From: Octopus vulgaris
Lineage: Eukaryota
Length of the DNA stretch: 64,000 bases
Reading direction: 5' to 3'
Assembly (NCBI GenBank): GCA_951406725.2
Contig: OX597822.1
Location: 54,250,001-54,314,000, forward strand
Under the pieces are notes generated by a model. That model was given only the letters and a program-made list of their open reading frames with translations, was not told where the DNA came from and did not search any database. A program made the translations under genes and the position numbers. Below are positions 28,501 to 39,020 of the stretch, piece after piece (the stretch's first letter is position 1; each line of letters starts with the position of its first letter).

Positions 28501-31500
28501 GGGATGATAAATGAAACAAAGGTGTGATGAGAAAACAGTGGTAGGCTGCTTTAGATGGACATGGTTGGTAAATGTGGAGTCCAAATTTGTCAACCAAAAT
28601 GAGCAGAAAAGACACAGGGTAACATATTTATTTGTTAAACATTTCAGGTTGTGCAAAGGATCAAGTTAACAATGCAGTTTTGGAGGTGCTCAAGCAACTC
28701 TCAGAACATATCTACACACTACCAACTTCCTTTTGTACTCTCTTCAAGATTCTCCAAGATGCAGTTAAAGAGAAAGGTGCTCGGATCCCTCATGATTGTT
28801 TAGGGTTACAGGTAATTTCTTCTGCTACCATATAATCCCAAAGTCAGCTTTATAATAGTATTTATGTTGCATGTATAAGTTAATCTGATTCAGACCGTTC
28901 TTATTTGAATCAGGTTAAGTTTTGATTTCTTCTCTTTCCACCCTACAGCACCATTCCTCTCTCATTTCCAGTTATTCCCTTTTTTTCCTTTCCTCTCTCT
29001 AACTATTTTCTTCTCTCCTTTTCTCTCCCTCTAACTAATCTCCTCTCTGACTAATCCTCCCTTTCTCTCTCTGACTACTCATTTCTCTCCTTTTCTCTCT
29101 CTCACTCACTAATCCCCTCTTACCCATTCACAGATAATCTGATTCTTTACTATCCCCAGATTTTGCTAGCGAAAGGACATAAAAGCTTCTCTCCCTTTTC
29201 TCCAAAAAAAGGTCTTGCTTTGAATCATCAGGAAATTCTCTCAATATTATTAAATCTTTACACTTTACTAATGGTTCCAAGCTGTCTGTCTTTTTTATAA
29301 GTATATGATAGCTCATGGTATAGTGGTTTGAGTGTTGGATTCACATTGACTATGTTGTGGGTTCAGTTCTTGAACAGGGTAGTTCATTGTGCTCTTGAGC
29401 AGGGCACTTCATGTCACATTGCTGCAATATAATCAGTTGTAAATGATTACCAAAAGCACTTGGGGGTTAATCATATGGCAGAATGGTAAACAACTTAAAA
29501 TTCTGTATAAACTCTGCCTCATGAGCTTGTAGGCTTGAGGTTGATATGGTAGACCTCTGTATTGTGACACATATACAGTGTCAGTCTTTCTCATTATCTA
29601 TGGCACCCATGGGTAACTTGTGACCTGCATGACTTTCAGGATGGCACACCTAATAAAAAAAACTACCTCAAATTTTTTAGCAGTGTGGCCTGCCTAATAA
29701 TGACCCATGTCTCATGTGGCCTGTTTCTTCTAAAAAGTTACCTTGTTTGCTCTAAGGCTTATTCTACAAAAAAGAAGAAAAAATATAACCACAATATTTG
29801 AAAAGAAAAAAAATCATATATTTTCTTTGAGTTGATATTTAAAAAATTTCACTAAAAATATGTCTTTAACTACTTTTGTCTTTTTTTATATATTTTTTTT
29901 AAAGTTGAATTTATTTTAATTTTATTTGGTTTAGATTATTGCATTAGGTCTGAAGATGCAGCTTTGGTCTGGTACTGCTGTTGAAATTATGTCAGGAACA
30001 TCTTTTAGTCCGGAGACTAAAAAGATCCTCACGCTTTTAGCTGAGGGTGTTTACTCTATTCTTATTTATTCAGGTAATGTAATCAATTTACGCTAATTAA
30101 CAAATCTAATTGGAAATGACAATAAGATTGACAGTAACACTGTATAACAATGAAAAAAAAATGGAAATGAAAATAACCTTTTCTAGGAGTATTTTGTGTG
30201 TCGATCATGAATACAACATCTGTTTCTTTCTGTGATCTTCCAGTTTCTCATAAATTACCATTTTGCTTACATTAAATACACTGATGGTTCTGTAGGAATT
30301 GAGTGCAAACAGGATTGGGCCAAAACTGACGACTCTAAAAGTTATAAATGGATTTTGATATAATTTCAATGGGGTGTTCCTAAGGTATTTCTCAACCTAA
30401 CCTGTGAAAATTATAAAAGTACATGCAATAATTTTATAGTTATATGGGTCCAAATCCGTGGTGAATCTGACAAGAAACCACACCTCATCACCCAACCTGA
30501 ACTCAATGATCTAGTTCATGATCTAACACTTACTAAGCAACAGAGTGAAGTCCTGGCCTCACGTCTGTAACAGTGGAACCTGTTGGATAAAGATGCTCAA
30601 ATTACAGAGTTGGTATAGGTATTGTTGTCAAAGTAAAGAGCTGGAACAAATACTACAAGGTACTTTGCCTGATACTTTAACAAGTTCTACTAATCCATCA
30701 TCCTGGATCAGAGACTTTTGTTTTTTTTTTTAATTGAACCTAACAAAAGGAAAGGCAAAGTTGGCCTTGGTGAGATTTGAACTTCAAGTTGAAACAAACA
30801 TCTCTTACAACTCTGCCACTGCATCATTTTCAATATGACTATGTTACATGTTATAGTACAGGTATTGAGTTCCTTGTAAACAATCTACTATCCTGGTATT
30901 AATTGAGGTTGTAGTGACTTTATTTAGTTCATTAAAGAATTTAACAATTCCTGGTGAACTCAATCGAACTCATTGCACTGAATGTATGACATCATTGATT
31001 GTGATAAGTCAATGCACTCTTTTACTCTTTCACTTGTTTCAGTCATTTGACTGTGGCCATGCTGGAGCACCACCTTTAGTCGAGCAAATCACCCCCACGA
31101 CTTATTCTTTGTAAGCCTAGTACTTATTCTATCGGTCTTTCTTGCCGAACTGCTAAGTTACAGGGATGTAAGCACACCAGCATCGGTTGTCAAGTGATGT
31201 TGGGGGGGACAAACACACACACATATATAGACATAGACATATATATACGACGGGCTTCTTTCAGTTTCTGTCTACCAAATCCACTCACAAGGCTTTAGTT
31301 GGTCCGAGGCTATAGTAGAAGACATTTGAACAAGGTGCCACACAGTGGGACTGAACCCGGAACCATGTGGTATGACATCATTGATTGTGATAAGTCAGTG
31401 CACTAATAGTATTTATTGCACATCACTATTCACTATTCACAAGTATGATATATTAGACCTTTTGGTATTGAAACTGGCTATGTCTGGCCCAGATATTCCA

Positions 31501-32874
31501 CCTTTTTTATGTTGAAAGTGGACAGACCCAGTCTCTCGCACTTACCCTACAATGTCATTCTAAAAATAAACAATCACATCTTCAAAATCTTGAAGCTGAT
31601 GGTACAGCATGATTAACTTTAAAAATTGTGGATAAATAAGCATTACGTTTAATAAATTAATCTGAATGTTAAAAGGTTAATTAAATTCTGAAGTGAATAC
31701 CATGGAGCCAGGCTTAACATTACTGATGAGCTGAAACTAGAAACTTGCGGTTTATTTTAGTTGAAACGAATTCACTTCATTTATGATGCTAATGCTCTTG
31801 AGAAAGGCATTAACACCCCACAACCTTGTTTCCCTAATGTATTTTTTTTAAGTATCTTATAATAATTTTGGTTGTTCCTCCATAAGGCTTTCACATGAAT
31901 AATTGAAGGGGGCGGGAGGGGAAGAGGCAGAAGAGGAGAAATGGGAAGAGGAGAGCGGCTAGGATGCAGAGATGGAGGGGGGGAGTGATGGTGAGTGAAT
32001 TGTGTAATTTTTTTCTTTTTTTTTTTTTAACTGAATTTTTTTCCTCTTGCTTAGCCTGTCTATAACACTTTCGCATAGTTAGTTGAAGAGAAAGGCAAAG
32101 GGTGAGAAAGAAAAGGAGAGAAAAAGGGTAAGGTGAAGTGTGAGAGAGAAAGAGGGAGATGCTGTGTATTAAGTTTGTAAAATTGTGCATAAAGTATATC
32201 ACCATGATCACTGTGACCAACCAGCCATCAGATATTGCTACACATCGCTGGTCACAATGCGCTTCGCATTGTTTTAGCCTTCAAATGATGCCACCCCGCT
32301 GGCTAAGCGAGCAGGCCAATAGAAGAAAGAATGAGAGAAAGTTGTGGCGAAAGAGTACAGCAGGGATCACCACCATCCCCTGCCGGAGCCTCGTGGAGCT
32401 TTAGGTGTTTTCGCTCAATAAACACTCACAACACCTGGTCTGGGAATCGAAACTGCGATCCTATGACCGCAAGTCCGCTGCCCTAACCACTGGGCCATTG
32501 TGCCTCCACGCATAAAGTATATAAAGTGCATTAAGTAATCATTGTATTCAAATTTCTTTCATTTTTCAATGAGAAGCAGATGAGTGGCTATCTTTTGATA
32601 TGGACACAATACAGGCTATGCTTTTAGGTGTTTTGAATAAGGTTTTCAGAAAAACCCAATAAGTTTACCATTAATTCCATGAAATATCCACAGGTCCCAC
32701 TAGTGAAATCAGTGTTAGGTTTCTCTGGCACAAACTTAGCTGTATGGTTAAGATCACTTCCCCAGTCTCATATGGTTTTAGGTTCAATCCTATTGCATGA
32801 TACCTTAGCAAGTGTTTTCTACTATCAATACCCTGTAGGTGGATTTGGTTGATCGAAAATAAAGAAGTTTGTCT

Positions 32875-32942
<68 letters not shown>

Positions 32943-35900
32943 GTGGGGGTTATGTATGTGTCTCTCTTTGTTTTGATATCATATGATAGTTATAAACAAG
33001 TGTCGCCATCATACAAGCAGTGTCATTGTTTCCATTGTTCCATGAAAACCATGTCTGACCAAGGGGAAATATTACTTTGCACAGAAACAGGTGAGTATTG
33101 ATGACAGGAAGGACATCCAGTTTTAAAAAAATGAAATCTGACTTAATGAATTCCATCTTACCCATGAAAGTATGGAATGTAGACATTAAAAAATGACGAT
33201 GATGATGGTGATTGTGAAATATGCTAGAGTTACCCAGCATTCTTTGGGAATAAATTATGCAAAGTATCATAGTGCAACTCAGTGACATTAATAAATTTGC
33301 ATAAATTTTGTATACTGTAGGGAGAAGTATTCTATTCTTACAGCATACAAGTTTTGCTAATGCAGGTGATCACCAGCATCCCACCCTGGACTCTGTTTTG
33401 TATTTTTATTTTTATTTTGTTTTTGTTAGTTTTTAACTCATCATTCCCAGGAAGTAATCTTCACCATAACCAACATTGTAAATTGATTTAATTTTTGACC
33501 TGTCATTTACAAAAAATTATCTCATGGCAAATAGGGCAGTAATAAAATTCTTTCTTGTTCTTCCATTTACCTAGATATGGACCTGAGTCCTATAGAAATG
33601 AACAGTTTATTACAGTCACAACACAATGATTTCACCAACGAAAATATCAACCATATTGTCACATTCTTGAACTCTGAGTAAGTCCATCTTACATTTTATC
33701 TTTAACCCTTCAATCCTTAATTTTCATCTTTTTCCGCCATTTTTCTTTTTCTTCTTCTTCTTCTTCTTCTTAGTCGCCATTACGGTTGACGATTCCCAAT
33801 TTTTAGACTTCCTTTCTTCTCCAACAGCGGCCTCCGGCCTTTATAATCGCAGCAAGTTGCAAAAACATTTTTATCCCATTATCTTTCGTACCTCATACGT
33901 TACTATTGTTAAACGTCTGTACTCATACAATAACTGCTTCGTTTTTCCTATCTTCTCTCTACGAAATTTAACACTTTAACACTTCAATCCTTAATTTTTC
34001 ATCTTTTTCCGCCATTCCCTTCAATCCTTAATTTTCATCTTTTTACGCCATTCGGCAGTGCCCCCGCCCTCCCACCCCCACCACCAATACCGGTGAACAC
34101 TGTTCTCACCATCTACACTGGATATGCCCTCCTCCTCCCCCACCACCATTGCGTGTGTCTCCCCCTCCTACCCCTCCTTCTCACATGCTTTCACTGTGTA
34201 CTACCCCTTCCCCCCCACCAAGTCAAGCTGCTAGCACCGCAGCTCATTAACTGCCCCACTGATCTTACGTTACTTCCTGTTTAGAATCTGTCACTGCCTC
34301 AATCCGACCATCTCCTTCCAGTCCCCTCCCCGTCTCGTGATATTCTACGTTTTTATTTCTTCTGCACCAACCCTTTCCTTGTCACCGTTCCTCCTTACCC
34401 AACCTTCCCCACTGGTGCTTCCCTATATTACCTGCACCCCCCCACTATCTCTCCCTCTCTTTCCACTGGTGGAACCTTTCTCAGCTAGTCCCCCCCCCAA
34501 CTCAGCTCTAGAAAAACTCGAACCGATCGTGACCGATGCCGGACCCCCCGGCCCCTGTGCAGGTGGCACGTAAAAAGCACCCAATCCACTCGCGGAGTGG
34601 TTGGCGTTAGGAAGGGCATCCAGCCGTAGAAACTCTGCCAGATCAGACTGGAGCCTGGAGAGGCCTCTGGCTTCCCAGACCCCGGTCAAACCGTCCAACC
34701 CGTGCTAGCGCGGAAAACGGACGTTAAACGATGATGATGATGATGATGATGATGTTCCGTCATCTTCAATCGCCTCCACTCCTGTCATAACTTGAGGGTC
34801 CACACAAACTCTTCATCTTCATTATTTTTATCTCTTTCCAGCTCCATATTGATCAGTTATCCCCTCTGTCCTCTCTTTTAGAATGTGACTATCCATGTGG
34901 CAAGAAACCTGTTCTGCTCTGACCTTCTTCTGTCATCCTTTTAACTTTCATCTCTATAAAGCAATCTCTCTTGATGTTCATAGACTTGCTAGTTGCATAT
35001 TAACCTCATTAGTACTGGTAGCATAAAAAAAAATCTGCTAGTACATGCTGTACAGTGGTTGGCATCTAGCCTTAGGAACCATGCCAAAGTAGTTAGTAGA
35101 GTTCAATGCAGTCCATGGATCCATCAGATCCTGTCAACCATCCGGCCCATGGAGGCATAGAAGACAGATTTTAAATGATTACAATAGTGTTGGTAATAAT
35201 GATGATGTTTTTTTTTCAGAGATTTATGTTGTTGTTTAGCCTTAGAGAGTTCAGCTCTAATAAAACAGACTTATGCTCAAAGACATTCCACTTGTGACCC
35301 TCACCTTTCTTTGTTGTTTAGCAGCAGATCAGCTTTGAATGAGTAGATTTGTGACTGAAGCAATTCCAACTGTTTTCTTCTTTTCCATCGAGGACTATAT
35401 TATCCAGTATGACCTTCTCTAGATAGCAAGATGTAATTAAAAGAGGATTTAGTTTCTGTTTCTAGCAGGTTGTGCAACCATGGAGCAATAGTTTTCTCTA
35501 TGAAGTAGGTGGGAAGTTTTTTTAATTTTTGTTCCATATGTAGATATACCTCAGGGTTTGATGGTAAGTGTTGGGGTCAAGAGATCAACAGAGGTCAGAA
35601 GTGGCAGGGAAAGTTAAATAGAGGTGTTAAGGTCAGTAGCAGAGTTGGGGATCAAGAGATCAACAGAGGTCAGAAGTGGTGGGGAGATAAATAGAGGTGT
35701 TAAGGTCAGTAGCAATGGTGAAGTCAAGTGGTCAATACAAATAAAAAGAACCTACAGGAAATATAATCTAGTGATTCAACTGGTTCTCAGTTTTCTTTCT
35801 ATCACAGTCACTGTGTATTGTGTTGATGTTGATGATTATAATGTTGCTGTTTGTGATGATGTTTTTTTGTGGTTGTTATATCAGTTAAAATATAGTCTAT

Positions 35901-37711
35901 ACTGAGATGCCATATCTTGTTTACTTTTCCACAGCTCCAGTTATTCTACTCCACGTCATATGCCAGAAAATACAATATCAGATTTTGCTGAAGAATATTA
36001 CCAAGCTGCTGCTAATGAACTTTTTGGGTGTCCTACAGGTAGTGATTTGAATGTATATGTGTGAGAGATGCAGAAAGAAAGAGGAAATGAGAATCCTTTA
36101 ATATATATATTATACACATACAAGAGTGTTATCTGTCTTCAGACTGGTAACTTCAGAACTATACCATGGTAATATCAGGAAATATGACATCTATACCCAA
36201 ATGGGGAATGCTGCTTATTAGTTAGTTAAATTTATGTGATTTTTTTCCATCTCAAAATGCTGAGCTTTATGAAGGAGATGACAGGGGAACAAGATACGTG
36301 GTGCACTGCTTTACTCAAGAAGACCTGCTGACCACAACAGAATTGAGATCTTAAAACCAAGGTGCCATGTAAAAAGCATTGGTGTGGGTGCTGGATCCAT
36401 GTAAAATGCACTGGTGCAGGTGTGATGTACTGGTGATGGTGCCACATAAAAAGCACCCAGTACACTTTGTAAAATGGTTGGCATTAAGAAGGGCATCCAG
36501 CTATAAACCAAACCATGGAACCTGGAGTGGTCCCCAGGCCACGCCATTTCCTGTCAAGCCATTCAATCTATACCTGCATGGAAAATAGATGTTAAATGAT
36601 GATGATGATAGTGATGATACATTGTCCACAGAATTCTTCAAAATTCCATTTTTATATTTTCATCAAAATGTGGTTTTTAAATTTCTTTTTAACTAAATGG
36701 ATAATTTTAGCTCACTATGAAATAATCTTTTTTTAATGTCTTACTCCATTTTCTCTCTTCTTCCATTGTCTGTATAGTTCTATAGCTAATTCCTTTACTG
36801 AAACCTCCACTGTTCGTGCTATTGTTGGTCATATGATGAATGGGAGAGCAGGAATAAAAAAAAATGTCATTTCCCATCTCTCTACATTTTTAGTTGTATG
36901 CTTATATAAGTGATTAAAATGGTCAAAGATACTAGGGAAAGTGAAAAGTTATCTGCACTTCCACCAAGATTTTCTTTAAGTTGGCTGCACTGCTTTCAGC
37001 GCTTGCATGCTAGAAGGTGATACATTTGGAGTTATGTAAGCAAGGTTTGACCTTGATCACTTCTGTTTTCTTTCTTCCAGCTGCAAATTGAGAAAAGGTG
37101 GTGAAGATGAGGTATCAGGGCACACTCTTAAGGTACAAGAAGATAGAAATAGAGAGAATAGGGACAGGGAATCGCGATTGGCTTGGTGGGTAGGTTTGTG
37201 AAGGTATGAAAGGATATCGACAATATTTGTAATTTCCTTCTAAAGCCTTTCTTTTGTTTTTTATTCCCACAGGTATGAATTGTCTAGCCGATGTTTATTG
37301 GTTGGTTGTACACAATGTTGATTGGCTTGAGAATCAGCTCAATATTCAGACTAGTCTGCCTCGGACAAATATTAGTTTATCTACAAATTTTACGATTAAT
37401 TTCTCACCAGTACCGCCGCCTTCCTTCAACCCCCTCAATTCTTTTGATGAGATTGGCAACAGCAAACTAGATCAAGTAGGTTACCATTTCTTTTATTTCA
37501 TTACTCTTACTCTGTACTCTTTTACTTGTTTCAGTCATTTGACTGCAGCCATGCTGGAGCACTGCCTTTAGTCAAGCAAATTGACCCCAGGACTTATTCT
37601 TTTGTAAGCCTAGTACTTATTCTGTCTCTTTTGCTGAACCGCTAAGTTACGGGGATGTAGCCACACCAGCATTGGTTGTCAAGCGATGTTGTGAGGATAA
37701 ACACAGACATG

Positions 37712-37777
<66 letters not shown>

Positions 37778-38867
37778 TATGACGGGCTTCTTTCAGTTTC
37801 CATCTGCCAAATCCTTTCACAAGGCTTTGGTCGGCCCAAGGCTATAGTAGAATACACTTGCCCAAGGTGCCATGCAGTGGGACTGAACCCGGAGCCCTGT
37901 GGTTTGTAAGCAAGCTACTTACCACACAGCCAGTCCTACGCCTATAGGCTGTTTGAAGAAAGATCTCAGGTAGGCCTGGTTGCATGGTTAAGCAGCTTGT
38001 TTCCCAACAATGGCAGGGACTTCAGTTTCAATTTCACTGAATGAGACCTTTGGCAAATGTCTTTTACTGTTGCCCCAGCTGACCAAAGCTTTGTGAGTGA
38101 ATTTGGTTGACAAAAACTGAAAGAACCTTGTCGTTGCTTTCCAACCACATGGTTCTGGGTTCAGTTTCACGGTGTGGCACTTTGGCCAAGTGTCTTCTGC
38201 TATAGCTTCAGCCTGACCGAAGCCTTGTGAGTGGATTTGGTTGATGGAAACTGAAAGAAGCCTGTCATACATATGTGTGTGTGTGTATGTGTATGTGTTT
38301 TTTGTCTCTGTTTCTCCCCTTCACCAACACTTGAAAACCTGTGTTTGTGTGTCCCCCATAACTTAGCAGTTCAGCAAAAGAGACTAATAGAATAATAAGT
38401 ACCAGGTTTAAAAGAATATGTATTGGGGTCAATTCAGCCAACTAAAAGAAACTCTGAGGTGGTATCCCAGCATGGCCACAATCTACTGACTGAAATCAGT
38501 CAGAGATAAAAGATATGTGTGATTTGTGTGTGTGTGTGTATGTATGTGTGTATGTGTGTGAGTGTTTCTGTCTCCTTGTCTTGAAATACAATAGTTATAG
38601 ATAAATATTACCATGATGCAAGTTGTATCCTTTAGTTCCTGCTTGAACACAGGTGAGAGTTGATGACAGGAAAGGCATCCAGCAGTAGAAAATCTGTCTT
38701 AGTGAATTCTGTCTGATCCTTATAAGCATGGGAAAGTGGACATAAAAATAATGGTGGTGGTTTAATGAAGTGTGTGCTTGTTAAGAAATTCAGGATTCAA
38801 GATCTATCTGTTGAAATCTCTCTGTAAACACAATGCTTTTTTTTATAAATGAAGTGTATTTAACTGT

Positions 38868-38917
<50 letters not shown>

Positions 38918-38972
38918 ATATATAGGTGTGTGCATGTGTGTGTGTATATATACGTGTGTGCATGTGTGTGTG

Positions 38973-39020
<48 letters not shown>

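Noticed and set aside
29128-29316. 62-aa minus-strand ORF with a nearby donor-like site
   Set aside because: No recognisable homology or acceptor; more likely a decayed TE remnant.
31723-31755. CTGATGA..GAAAC motif
   Set aside because: No credible stem II or stem I can be formed.
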